In this document: positions 45,326 through 54,608 of the stretch, in pieces
How the letters are laid out: the number at the start of each line of letters is the position of its first letter
Position numbering within the stretch: position 1 is the first letter of the stretch
Assembly: GCA_018667575.1 (NCBI GenBank)
Contig: JABIUA010000017.1
Span: forward strand, 1 to 62,634
DNA length: 62,634 nt
Source: Methanobacteriota archaeon
Lineage (GTDB): Archaea; Thermoplasmatota; Poseidoniia; Poseidoniales; Poseidoniaceae
Direction of reading: 5' to 3'
Position numbers and translations under genes: made by a program
Notes under the pieces: generated by a model
Seen by the model: only the letters and a program-made list of their open reading frames with translations
Databases searched by the model: none
What the model was told of the DNA's origin: nothing

Positions 45326-46249
45326 ATGACAATGAATAAACCATCTGGAGATACAAGTCATCTATATGATGGAAAGACTGTTCGTTCCTCTGCTCCTTCG
45401 AGAAAGAAGCTTGCAGGTCAAGCAGGCTTAGGCAGTGAAATTCCTAAAGATGCAATTCCTAAAGTTGAAATCCCTAGTTTTATTGAGAGTTTACTGGGTG
45501 GACCACTTGTCACTAAGATGAAATTCCTAGCACCAGATAGAATGGTACAAAATTTACAACTAGGAGTCTATGGAGTTCTAGTTGCATTATCTCTGATGAC
45601 TTACATGGTGTCTCCTCCAGAAGGAACCATTTGGTATATGGTTACAGGGAATTTAGCAATCGCTTTTATTATGCAATTATTGATTATTGCAGTTGCTGCA
45701 GGTACAGGTTTTTGGGGTACATTCCAAAGAGATGGAAGATATACCCTTATCAGTAATTTATTATTCATATTAGCAATTCTCAGATTTGCGGCTTCCAAGG
45801 TTTCCTTGGCAAGCGATCCATTTGGATTACAGGATAGCGCTACAATGCTAAATATTTTGGTTGTTGTTTACGCAGTATTATTGGTTATGTACTTCGAATT
45901 GGCTAACGGTGTAATTAGGTATTCAATGCTTGATACAAGTATTAGAACAAATGAAGTTTATGTCATGAATCCTAAGAAAATAGTTAGTAAATATCATCGC
46001 TCATTAATCATCAATCCAATAGTTGCTGGTGTACTTGCAATTATTGTTCTATCAGCAAATACAATTCTACCATTGATTGTTGGTATTTTCTCATCAGATA
46101 CTGCCTTGAGAATGGAGGAATCAGTCGAACTTATCTCTGTTTATGGAGTTGCTTTGGGAACTTTCTTTGTATTCTGCATCGTAGGCGGATTATTTGCTCT
46201 TAACCTTCCTAATCATCTTCAAAGATTCCGTGAGAAGAGAGCAGATTGA
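45326..46249 (+). CDS. Polytopic membrane protein (last gene of the MoxR module)
   Basis: 307 aa with about 6 hydrophobic spans. Starts 11 nt after the DUF58 stop. No family recognised. Confidence 0.5.
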   Translation: MTMNKPSGDTSHLYDGKTVRSSAPSRKKLAGQAGLGSEIPKDAIPKVEIPSFIESLLGGPLVTKMKFLAPDRMVQNLQLGVYGVLVALSLMTYMVSPPEGTIWYMVTGNLAIAFIMQLLIIAVAAGTGFWGTFQRDGRYTLISNLLFILAILRFAASKVSLASDPFGLQDSATMLNILVVVYAVLLVMYFELANGVIRYSMLDTSIRTNEVYVMNPKKIVSKYHRSLIINPIVAGVLAIIVLSANTILPLIVGIFSSDTALRMEESVELISVYGVALGTFFVFCIVGGLFALNLPNHLQRFREKRAD

Positions 46250-47575
46250 TTACAATCTAATCCTTTTAGATTCAACAAGGCTCGATAACTGAGTTAATAC
46301 ATCAGATATATTCTCATTTACACATAGTAATTGTATTGAGTGAGGCGTTTGAGATAATACCGAAATATCATTTTTCAGAGTTATTATAGAATCTAACTTT
46401 ACCTTGAAACTTTCTAGTTTTAAATTTCCAATCAGAGATATCAAGGCCGGGAAGTCATCAACTCGAATTTGAGGGAATAGTGAAGTGATTATTTGCTCAG
46501 CAGCAGTGAAATCATTTTGTGAAATTACGATATCTATTTTACCGGGTAAATAATTTAGTGACCAGCATGTAATATTATTATTATTTAAGAGAATTAATAA
46601 CTCACCAAGAATTTTACTTGAATTAGTGATATTATCAGTTTTAATTTCGATTCTTGAAACACTTCGTAAGCATCCAATTGCTTTGATATTATTTTCTTGA
46701 ACTATATCAGGGCCGATAGTTGTGGGCGCATTTCCGCCTTCATTTGCATATAAATGACGTATTTCGATGGGTATTCCAAGTTCGTGAATCGGTTCCATAG
46801 TTGATGGATGTATGATTGGAGCATCCATTCGGGTTAACTCCTTGGCTTCCTCATAACCAAGATATGAAATCGCCTTTGTTTCTATTCCCCAGCGAGGATT
46901 TATCGCTAAAACACCTTCAATATCTTTCCAAAGAATAACCTTTTGAGCATCTAATAATCTCGCAATGGCAGTGGCAGAATGATCGCTACCTCCACGGCTA
47001 AGTAATGCAATCTCTCCATCTTTGCCTTCTCCAAACCAACCGGTAATCACCGGTATTCCATTTAGAGATTGGTAGTCTAGATTTTTACTTGAATACTCTA
47101 TGTCCACAGATTGTGCTTGGCCTATACCATCCAGGTGTAGACCTATATCTTCTGAGCCGACAGGGTGTGCATCAATACCAGATTCTCTCAAATGATAAGA
47201 TACAACCAATGCCGATAATCTCTCTCCAGCTGCTAATAGTGTGTTAGTGTGATAGTGTTGGTCAAGCTTTTTTGAGATTTCAGTAAGGGATTTTTCTATT
47301 CCTGATAGCACAGATTCAAACATAGCCCCAAATTCTGAAGTTTCAATATTTGGTGCAAATCTGATGTGTTGTCTTCTAAGGTCGTCTACTAGCCTAGTTG
47401 CATATTTCGGTTCGTTAGATGCACGCATTAAACGGTCAGTAGTTCCCCATAAGGCTGATACAACAATTACAGGGCGGCCGGAAAAAGTACGAATAATTTT
47501 GGAAATTTGTTCTAAATCCGCATTGTCTCTGAGGCATGAACCACCAAATTTGTGAACTATAGTAGAATTATTCAT
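46250..47575 (-). CDS. Aspartate kinase
   Basis: VHKFGGSCL...VVSALWGTTDRL amino-acid-kinase N-terminus. The C-terminal ~130 aa could be ACT domains, though I recognised no ACT motif. 8 nt overlap with aroC. Confidence 0.8.
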   Translation of the reverse strand: MNNSTIVHKFGGSCLRDNADLEQISKIIRTFSGRPVIVVSALWGTTDRLMRASNEPKYATRLVDDLRRQHIRFAPNIETSEFGAMFESVLSGIEKSLTEISKKLDQHYHTNTLLAAGERLSALVVSYHLRESGIDAHPVGSEDIGLHLDGIGQAQSVDIEYSSKNLDYQSLNGIPVITGWFGEGKDGEIALLSRGGSDHSATAIARLLDAQKVILWKDIEGVLAINPRWGIETKAISYLGYEEAKELTRMDAPIIHPSTMEPIHELGIPIEIRHLYANEGGNAPTTIGPDIVQENNIKAIGCLRSVSRIEIKTDNITNSSKILGELLILLNNNNITCWSLNYLPGKIDIVISQNDFTAAEQIITSLFPQIRVDDFPALISLIGNLKLESFKVKLDSIITLKNDISVLSQTPHSIQLLCVNENISDVLTQLSSLVESKRIRL

Positions 47576-48668
47576 TAAAAAACCCCCCTCTAATTATTAA
47601 ATCACAAACTACCAATTTAGCCATAGCTTCAACCACAGAAACCGCTCTAGGCCCTAAAACAGGGTCATGTCGTCCACGAACTGCCAAAATTTCTTTCTTG
47701 TTCGTTTTGAGATTCAATGTTAATTGTTCTTTAGCAATGCTAGAAGGCGGCTTAAATGCTACAGAGCAAAGCAAATCAGAACCAGTCGCCAGTCCTGCTA
47801 AAGCCCCATCTGGATTTTCTCCCTCTAATATTGGTTTCTCATTAGTTCCGCCCCACGCACTATTATGCTCGCTACCACTCATTTTTACGACTTCAAAACC
47901 ATGTCCGAATGAGACTCCTCTAGCCGCAGGTATCGCCATCATGGCTCTAGAAAGGGCAGGTTCTACCCCATCAAACCATGGTTCTCCTAGCCCTAAAGGT
48001 AGTCCAGAGATACAAAGTTCAACTTTACTACCTATAGAATCAAGACTCTTTCTCTGGCTTTGAATAAGTTCAATCATAGATTCTGCGACATCAGGATCTT
48101 GACATCTTATCTCTTGACAACTCTCAGATGCCCATTTTTCAGGACATTGATTAATTGGTCTTGCTTCTACGCCGCCAATTGCACTGACGTGTGCCTCCAT
48201 TTTTATTCCTAATTTAGATAATATAGGCTCGATTATTGCAGCAGCAGCAACTATCGGTGCAGTGAGTCTAGCACTGGAAGTTCCACCACCTCTAAGGTCA
48301 GCCTCTCCATTTGTCCTCTTCAGCATGACCATGTCTTGGTGCCCTGGACGCGGATGGTCAGGAATGAATGAGTAATCAGAAGAGCGAGCATCTTTATTCT
48401 TTATAGAAATCTCAATTTTTTCTCCATTGGTAGTTTCTTGGGAAATTCCAGTTCGTAATTCTACATTATCAGATTCCTTACGCTTACTGGCGAATTTTCC
48501 TCCAGGCTTCCTTTTATCCATCGCCTTTTGGATTTCATCTCTATCTATTTTGATACCTTTTGGGACGCCTTCAAGATATGCGCCTACCAAAGGTCCATGA
48601 CTAGTTCCAAACAGAGTCAATTGTAGGTGTTCCCCCAATGTCATCTGCATGTGTATCATACTACCCAA
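47568..48668 (-). CDS. aroC: Chorismate synthase
   Basis: LTLFGTSHGPLVGAYLEGVPKG, RPGH and GGGTSSAR motifs. The start may be one of several in-frame ATGs within the first 9 codons. Confidence 0.9.
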   Translation of the reverse strand: MGSMIHMQMTLGEHLQLTLFGTSHGPLVGAYLEGVPKGIKIDRDEIQKAMDKRKPGGKFASKRKESDNVELRTGISQETTNGEKIEISIKNKDARSSDYSFIPDHPRPGHQDMVMLKRTNGEADLRGGGTSSARLTAPIVAAAAIIEPILSKLGIKMEAHVSAIGGVEARPINQCPEKWASESCQEIRCQDPDVAESMIELIQSQRKSLDSIGSKVELCISGLPLGLGEPWFDGVEPALSRAMMAIPAARGVSFGHGFEVVKMSGSEHNSAWGGTNEKPILEGENPDGALAGLATGSDLLCSVAFKPPSSIAKEQLTLNLKTNKKEILAVRGRHDPVLGPRAVSVVEAMAKLVVCDLIIRGGFFNE

Positions 48669-48696
48669 GCGCTATTCATTGATGAAGTTGTGCAAA

Positions 48697-49605
48697 TCAG
48701 TCAGAGTCTGCATCTTCGCCTTCTGAATTGAGGAATTTTGTTTCAATAATTGTTGTATTTTTGCCTTTTCCACTAAGTATTTGTTTCATTCTGTTGACCG
48801 TCTGCGGAGTAATAGACGGAGATAATATCACAACTGCAGGGCCTGAACCACTAATTCCAGAGGCTCTTGCTCCATTTACGAATGCATCATTGGATATTCT
48901 TCTACCATCATAATCGTTTAGAACGCCGCTCATTGCACGACCATTCCAAGTTATTGCATTTAGGAGATCTCCTTCTTGTATTGCGCTTAATGCTTGTTGA
49001 AAGTCATTGAAATATGGCTGGAAATCTTCTAATTTTGGATATTCGGTACGTTTCTCTCTAGAAACTATAAGGACAAACCAATCATCACTTTCCGGACCTC
49101 TTCCTTCCATAATAACTCCTGCTTCTATAGATTCTGCGTTAACATCAATCAATTTCCATCCTTCTGTAGCACATGCCCAAGCATCATCTATTGAGCCGGT
49201 GAGAGATACTCCTGCATCAAATTGCGATAGAGCAGATAACTCGACCAATCTGTGTATTGGCAATTCATTATCAGTGGCATCACATAAACTTCGTAATGCC
49301 GCTATTGAAACTGCTGCACTTGATTTCAAACCTTGCTTAGGAGGGATTTTTGATGCGACTGCCCAGAATACTTGTTCAGGCTCCAAATCATTTGGTAGAG
49401 CATATCCATTTTCAATCCAGATTTTAACCACTGAATCAAGCAGTCCATCGGGGTCGTCTAAATCTCTTTTACTAGGCCTGTCCAATAATCGAACAGCTAC
49501 CGGTAAGTCAAGAGCAATGCTTGAACCGTAGCCGGTTCCCGCTGCATGAAGCAAACTACATGCGCCGTGAGATTGTCCACTGCCAAGTATTGCCAAGTAA
49601 ATCAC
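48697..49605 (-). CDS. Archaeal-type shikimate kinase (GHMP kinase family)
   Basis: AAGTGYGSSIALDLPV and GLKSSAAVSIA (GHMP motif II-like). Position between aroB' and aroC. Confidence 0.7.
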   Translation of the reverse strand: MIYLAILGSGQSHGACSLLHAAGTGYGSSIALDLPVAVRLLDRPSKRDLDDPDGLLDSVVKIWIENGYALPNDLEPEQVFWAVASKIPPKQGLKSSAAVSIAALRSLCDATDNELPIHRLVELSALSQFDAGVSLTGSIDDAWACATEGWKLIDVNAESIEAGVIMEGRGPESDDWFVLIVSREKRTEYPKLEDFQPYFNDFQQALSAIQEGDLLNAITWNGRAMSGVLNDYDGRRISNDAFVNGARASGISGSGPAVVILSPSITPQTVNRMKQILSGKGKNTTIIETKFLNSEGEDADSD

Positions 49606-50627
49606 CTTTCTTCGACCTTGCTACTAATCGATTCTCCGATATGTCTAGAACCTTCTCCAGACCAGCCAAGAATAATATCTCCAACCTTAATCGAGGTTAC
49701 AGAAATTAGTTCCCCAGAGGAATTTATCAATCGCACAGTCTCCGCCTGTTGTAGGAATATGGAAGACGGCTTATCAAAAAGATTATGCCAATAAAAGGTC
49801 AAAAAGGGTCTTTTTTCTATTTTCAAACGGCCAATTGTTGCAGTTCTTGTCTCTCCTTGGAGGTTAGAAATGAGTACCGAATCATTAGATTTTAATTCTG
49901 AAATATATTTCGTAGATCTATCTGCCATCATTACGTAAGAGTGTGGAGGCCCAGCATTTACTCTAAATGGTCGCTGTGGGACAAATTCTGAATCTAATGT
50001 TTCCCCATGAACAAGTGCTAGACTGGATGCAGAAGAACCAATTAACATACCTTCGCCAACTGAAAGAAGTGAAGTCAAATCAATACAGTATCTCTCTCCA
50101 ACGCCTCCTTGTTCGATCGATTTGATTTCATGCTTGGTAATATCGAGTATTCCAGATTCCGTACTTTCTACAACTTCTCCAACGACTCTTTCGCCTCTTT
50201 GCGACTTTACTATGAAGGCAGCCTCAATCAAATCGGGGTCATCTCCTACAATCAATGCATCGACGCCAGTTTCTAGCGCAAAACCTGCTCCTTGTGCTTC
50301 TTCAGGATTTCTTATTTTGGCAGCAATTTTTGTTGGAGTATCTTGTGATGCTGCAACAAGATTCTCGATCGGTATCATCGACCAATCATCAAATTCTAAA
50401 ATTACCCAAGCAACACTACCAACGAATTGTTTGGCATTACTTTGCGAATTGGAATCAGAGATTCGAACCTTTTTACCGATTAGTTTTTGGTCTAAATATA
50501 GCGCTTCATCAGACATAGTAAGTGTCTTTTGATTCTCAATTATCTCAGTAGCGATTACTTTGTCAAAACTGTGATCATGGAATAAACCACTATTTTGTGA
50601 ATGGCGGTAGTCGAGCCATACTTCCAT
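49602..50627 (-). CDS. 3-dehydroquinate synthase II (archaeal type)
   Basis: 341 aa. Immediately downstream of the ADH synthase gene, with a 4 nt overlap to the shikimate kinase gene. The call rests on size and operon context. Confidence 0.65.
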   Translation of the reverse strand: MEVWLDYRHSQNSGLFHDHSFDKVIATEIIENQKTLTMSDEALYLDQKLIGKKVRISDSNSQSNAKQFVGSVAWVILEFDDWSMIPIENLVAASQDTPTKIAAKIRNPEEAQGAGFALETGVDALIVGDDPDLIEAAFIVKSQRGERVVGEVVESTESGILDITKHEIKSIEQGGVGERYCIDLTSLLSVGEGMLIGSSASSLALVHGETLDSEFVPQRPFRVNAGPPHSYVMMADRSTKYISELKSNDSVLISNLQGETRTATIGRLKIEKRPFLTFYWHNLFDKPSSIFLQQAETVRLINSSGELISVTSIKVGDIILGWSGEGSRHIGESISSKVEER

Positions 50628-50636
50628 ATAAGCACC

Positions 50637-51434
50637 TCACAAAGAACATTGGTTCATCGCTTCATCAACAGAAGCATCTTGGTGTACAAGCATGACAATT
50701 GCCTTGGCAATTGACTCTACATTTGGGTGTCCAAAGACTTGTCTTCCCATACATACTCCAGATGCCCCGGAATCTAGAGCATCACGAATCATGGAAAGGA
50801 TGGCTCGCGTATCACCAGTTGATGGTCCTCCAGCAACAAGAATTGGTATTGGTACAGCGTTTGCTATCTCAGAAAAACTCTCTTTGTCACCAGTCCAAAC
50901 AGTCTTAGCAGCGTCACAGCCCAATTCAAATGCAAGTCTAACGGCATGTGCATTTCCTTTAGTGATATCATTTTCCAAAATGTTCAAGTTTGGCCCTCTA
51001 GCATAAACCATACCAAACATGGGTAGCCCATCTATGAGTGCCTGGCGACTTATTTCACCCATTCTTTCCATCATTTCAGGCTCTCTTTCACTTCCCATAT
51101 TGACTTGACATGAGACGCCAATTCCACCTCTTTCTCTAACTTCGTCAACTCCACCAACTAGCACCTTGTTAGAGGATTCTAAGCCTCCGTGCCGAGTGGA
51201 TGCTGATAGGTGAATTACCATACTAGTATTTGTGTTTTCACACAACTTATTGTAGTGTCCAACAACACCTTTGTGCGCTATAATTGCATCGACTCCTGCA
51301 GAGATAAGTGATTTAATAGTATCTTCAGTATTTGTTAAACCTTCAACAGGATAGTCTGAAACTCCGTGGTCAATTGGTATCCAAACACCGCGACCACCAG
51401 GAAGTAACTTAGACAACAGTTCGTCTTTGCCCAT
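50637..51434 (-). CDS. 2-amino-3,7-dideoxy-D-threo-hept-6-ulosonate (ADH) synthase, DhnA-type class I aldolase
   Basis: IPIDHGVSDYPVEGL, AIIAHKGV, DAAKT and VAGGP motifs typical of the archaeal aldolase/AroA' family. Confidence 0.75.
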   Translation of the reverse strand: MGKDELLSKLLPGGRGVWIPIDHGVSDYPVEGLTNTEDTIKSLISAGVDAIIAHKGVVGHYNKLCENTNTSMVIHLSASTRHGGLESSNKVLVGGVDEVRERGGIGVSCQVNMGSEREPEMMERMGEISRQALIDGLPMFGMVYARGPNLNILENDITKGNAHAVRLAFELGCDAAKTVWTGDKESFSEIANAVPIPILVAGGPSTGDTRAILSMIRDALDSGASGVCMGRQVFGHPNVESIAKAIVMLVHQDASVDEAMNQCSL

Positions 51435-51537
51435 GCTAATGCGAAAAGTTCCTCCCTCTCAATCCTTTGCTTTGTGTAATAGGATAAATCTCATGGATTG
51501 ATATTAAATTATCATGTAAAGTAATCCATTTCCTGCC

Positions 51538-51550
51538 TTAAAATATATAC
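51538..51550 (+). promoter_or_regulatory. Candidate TATA box upstream of the ER/K-repeat protein gene
   Basis: ttaaaatatatac lies about 45-55 nt upstream of the ATG at 51594, in a divergent intergenic region. Confidence 0.25.
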
Positions 51551-51593
51551 TTTTGACCGATGCTTCAATAGACAAGTTCGATATGGGGTCAAC

Positions 51594-53360
51594 ATGGATA
51601 CGGCTGCTTTGGGTGTAATGGCTCTCATGGGTGGCGGATTTTTACTCGGTATGTGGTATATTTTAGTCAGAAAAGACGCCAAATTGAATATGCGTCCAGG
51701 AATGACTGCTGAAGGTCTTAGGCAAGGCAGTGGGGCTCCAAGTTTTGGTCAAACTAAGCAAGAGATCGATAGAAAATTAGCATTGGTTGAAAATCGAAGG
51801 CGCCGTCAGCAAATCATAGATTCTCGTTTAGCAGTTCAAGAGGCAGAACTCATAGCTGCCCAACAGTCAAGATTACTTGAAGAAGAAGCGGAAAGGGAAA
51901 GACTTCGACGTGAAGAACAACGAAGACTTGCTGAAGAAGCAGAAAACCGCAGACGTGAGGAAGAATCCCGCCAGCGCGATGAAGCAGAGGAGTCCGAGCG
52001 TATGCGAGTTGAAGAAGATGCGAGACTCACAAGAGTAAGAGCAGAAGAAGAATCTCGATTGGAGGCGGAAAGAGAAGAACTTCGCCAACTTGAAATGGCA
52101 GCGACTGAAGAACAAAGGTTGGCTGAATTAGAAGCCGCTAGGCTGCAAGAAGAGATGGAATCAAGAGCTGCAGCCGAGGCTGCCATGTCAGAATTACAGG
52201 CAAGACTTTCAAGAGAAGGTGCAAAGAGTGGAGATGTCCAAATTTCTCTTATGTGGGAGAATTATAATGATTTAGACCTCCACGTTGTCTGCCCTTCAGG
52301 GGAAAGAGTTCACGGTGGAAACAAAATTTCAGAATGTGGAGGTGAACTTGACGTTGATGCCAATGTTAGGGCAGAGACCAAGAAGCCTGTTGAGAATGTA
52401 GTATGGGAAGGCACTACTGCATCGCCAGGTACCTACCAAGTTTATGTCCATCATTACAAGAAGCACAGAAAGCGAAGAACTCGTGACCCAACTAAATTCC
52501 AAATTATAATCAATAATGTTGGCGACTTTAGGGAATTTCATGGTGAGTTAACTCACGGCGATCCAATCAAACTGGTCTGTCAATTTGATGTGCCTGAGCG
52601 TGATGGACAAGAAGATTATGCCAAGAGGCAGATGGAACTTAAGATGCGCCAAGAAGCCGAAGAATCTGAAAGATTAGAAAATGAGCGTGCTGAAGAAGAG
52701 CGACAAAGACAATCTGAAATGGCTGCAGTCGAGGAACAAAGACTTGCAGAGGTTGAACTGGCTAGGCAGCAAGAGGAAATGGAATCAAGACAAGCAGCAG
52801 AGAATGCCATGTCTGAATTGCAACAGAGGCTGGACAGAGAAGGCGCACGTTCAGGTGACGTTCAAGTTTCATTGATGTGGAATAACTACAATGATTTAGA
52901 TTTACATGTAGTATGTCCTTCAGGAGAGAGAATCCACGGTGGAAATAAAATCTCTGAATGTGGCGGTGAATTAGATGTTGACGCAAATGTTAGGCCAGAT
53001 ACTAAGAAACCAGTAGAAAATGTCGTATGGGATGATGATACTGCTAAACCTGGTATGTACCAAGTTTACGTTCATCATTACAAGAAGCATAACAAGAGAC
53101 GTTCAAAGGACCCGACAAAATTCCAAGTAATTGTAAACAATATTGGTGATTTGCTAGAATTCAATGGATCTCTAACTCACGGCGATCCAATCAAATTAGT
53201 TGCTCAATTTGAAGTACCTTCTGCTGAGGAAAGAAGAGTAAGGCTTGAGTCCATTAGAGCCCAATTAGATCAGATATCTAAGGGTGGTTCTGAAGACTCT
53301 GAGGAAGAGTTAGAAGAAGTAGAAGTTCGATTAGAAGAAGATGGCGAACTTGGAAATTGA
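51594..53360 (+). CDS. Membrane-anchored protein: TM, ER/K-rich helix and a duplicated DLDLHV-motif domain (DUF2135-like)
   Basis: N-terminal TM GVMALMGGGFLLGMWYILV followed by RKDAK. Long Glu/Arg-rich helical segments. Two ~125 aa domains: SGDVQ(I/V)SLMW.NYNDLDLHVVCPSGER(V/I)HGGNKISECGGELDVDANVR...YQVYVHHYKKH...HGDPIKLV.QF(D/E)VP. Confidence 0.7.
   Translation: MDTAALGVMALMGGGFLLGMWYILVRKDAKLNMRPGMTAEGLRQGSGAPSFGQTKQEIDRKLALVENRRRRQQIIDSRLAVQEAELIAAQQSRLLEEEAERERLRREEQRRLAEEAENRRREEESRQRDEAEESERMRVEEDARLTRVRAEEESRLEAEREELRQLEMAATEEQRLAELEAARLQEEMESRAAAEAAMSELQARLSREGAKSGDVQISLMWENYNDLDLHVVCPSGERVHGGNKISECGGELDVDANVRAETKKPVENVVWEGTTASPGTYQVYVHHYKKHRKRRTRDPTKFQIIINNVGDFREFHGELTHGDPIKLVCQFDVPERDGQEDYAKRQMELKMRQEAEESERLENERAEEERQRQSEMAAVEEQRLAEVELARQQEEMESRQAAENAMSELQQRLDREGARSGDVQVSLMWNNYNDLDLHVVCPSGERIHGGNKISECGGELDVDANVRPDTKKPVENVVWDDDTAKPGMYQVYVHHYKKHNKRRSKDPTKFQVIVNNIGDLLEFNGSLTHGDPIKLVAQFEVPSAEERRVRLESIRAQLDQISKGGSEDSEEELEEVEVRLEEDGELGN
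52092..53222 (+). repeat. Internal tandem duplication (unit ~624 nt; copies 52092-52598 and 52716-53222)
   Basis: aa 167-335 and aa 375-543 align colinearly, from EMAA(T/V)EEQRLAE... through ...QF(D/E)VP. Nucleotide similarity is visible, for example ggtggaaacaaaatttcagaatgtggaggtgaacttgacgttgatgccaatgttagg versus ggtggaaataaaatctctgaatgtggcggtgaattagatgttgacgcaaatgttagg. Confidence 0.85.
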
Positions 53361-54473
53361 TTAAGATAAGATTTCCAATAGTCTATCATTCTCACTAGCC
53401 TTCTTAATTGATCTAGCGATTCTTCTTCCAGTAGACATTCTTTCTTCATTAATATCGGAGTAAGGTGAGCCACCGACAAACGGATTTGAACCAGCAACAA
53501 TCCTAGCACTTATCTCGAATACCTTGAACTCTAACTTGTCAGTAACAATAGTTTCTAGACAGAAAGGTCCAATCATCCCTCGACTCCCTTCTTCTAATTC
53601 GAATGAAGCCGCAATAGTTCCCTCTGCCATTTCAAAGGCACGTGGTAGTAATGATTCTCTAATCACAACTGGTTGGTTTCCAGTTACTACAAATGAAGGC
53701 TCAAGGTTCATTTCTCTCAAGTCTCTTAGGGAGCCAAGTTTGTAAAATTCATCAACATTAGACTCATCTCGTCTGTCCATTGAAAGCAATTCTAAGCGTC
53801 CAAGATTTTTTCCAGCGTTAGAATTCTTTCCTTGAACCTGGAAACCATCATCCGCAGTCGGGTCAAAGAAGAAATGTAGATAATATCTGCACCCAAGAAC
53901 ATACTCTTGGATAGTGAATTCTTCTTCTATGTCCACGTTTCTTCTGAAATCCCGATAATCTCTAGCGATAAAGTAGCCTCTACCACCCTTTGCACCGGCA
54001 TATTTGACGATGACAGGCCCGTCGATTTCATGTGGGTCTTCCAATACCTTGGGCATATTACAACCACCATCTTCAAGCCACAACCTTTGACGATGTCTAC
54101 TACTTTCCCAATGAAGAATACCTCTATTTCCAAATGTAGGGACTTGGAGATTTTTATAATTAGTCGCTCCTAGGTATTCTACCAAAGAGCCGTGTGGAAT
54201 TATTATTACGTTTCTCTCTCGAAACCATTCAGCATAGTCCAACATTTCTCTATAATTTTCTAACATTAACCATTCATCTGGTTCTGCTCCAGGGAATGCT
54301 TTGTAGAATCTTCTTCGATTTTCTCCAACCGCAATTCCTAACGTGCGAAAACCCTCTTTTTTAGCACCATGAAGGATTTGTAGTGATGAATGTGAAGCGA
54401 CCACTCCGATAGTGAGTTTATCTTTGTCGTAGCCAGCAAGCCAACTTGCTAGTAAGTCAGTATCTACGCCCAT
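53361..54473 (-). CDS. purP: 5-formaminoimidazole-4-carboxamide ribonucleotide (FAICAR) synthetase, archaeal ATP-grasp
   Basis: IGVVASHSSLQILHGAKKEGFRT is the characteristic PurP N-terminus. 370 aa. Confidence 0.8.
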   Translation of the reverse strand: MGVDTDLLASWLAGYDKDKLTIGVVASHSSLQILHGAKKEGFRTLGIAVGENRRRFYKAFPGAEPDEWLMLENYREMLDYAEWFRERNVIIIPHGSLVEYLGATNYKNLQVPTFGNRGILHWESSRHRQRLWLEDGGCNMPKVLEDPHEIDGPVIVKYAGAKGGRGYFIARDYRDFRRNVDIEEEFTIQEYVLGCRYYLHFFFDPTADDGFQVQGKNSNAGKNLGRLELLSMDRRDESNVDEFYKLGSLRDLREMNLEPSFVVTGNQPVVIRESLLPRAFEMAEGTIAASFELEEGSRGMIGPFCLETIVTDKLEFKVFEISARIVAGSNPFVGGSPYSDINEERMSTGRRIARSIKKASENDRLLEILS

Positions 54474-54608
54474 GTCAACGGGTTTTGTATTACCTCTATG
54501 AGCATTATGTAATTTTTATTGATTTTTCAATAATTTTAGCGGTAAATTTTTCAGTGGAGAAAGACATGTTCACTGAAGAGTTCAAGTCTTAGGAGCCGAT
54601 GCCGTGTC

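Noticed and set aside
51836-52186. Antisense ORFs (116 and 80 aa) in the ER/K-coding region, and similar ones at 52616-52986
   Set aside because: GAA/GAG/AGA-rich coding sequence is stop-poor on the opposite strand. The products are Ser/Leu/Phe low-complexity sequence.
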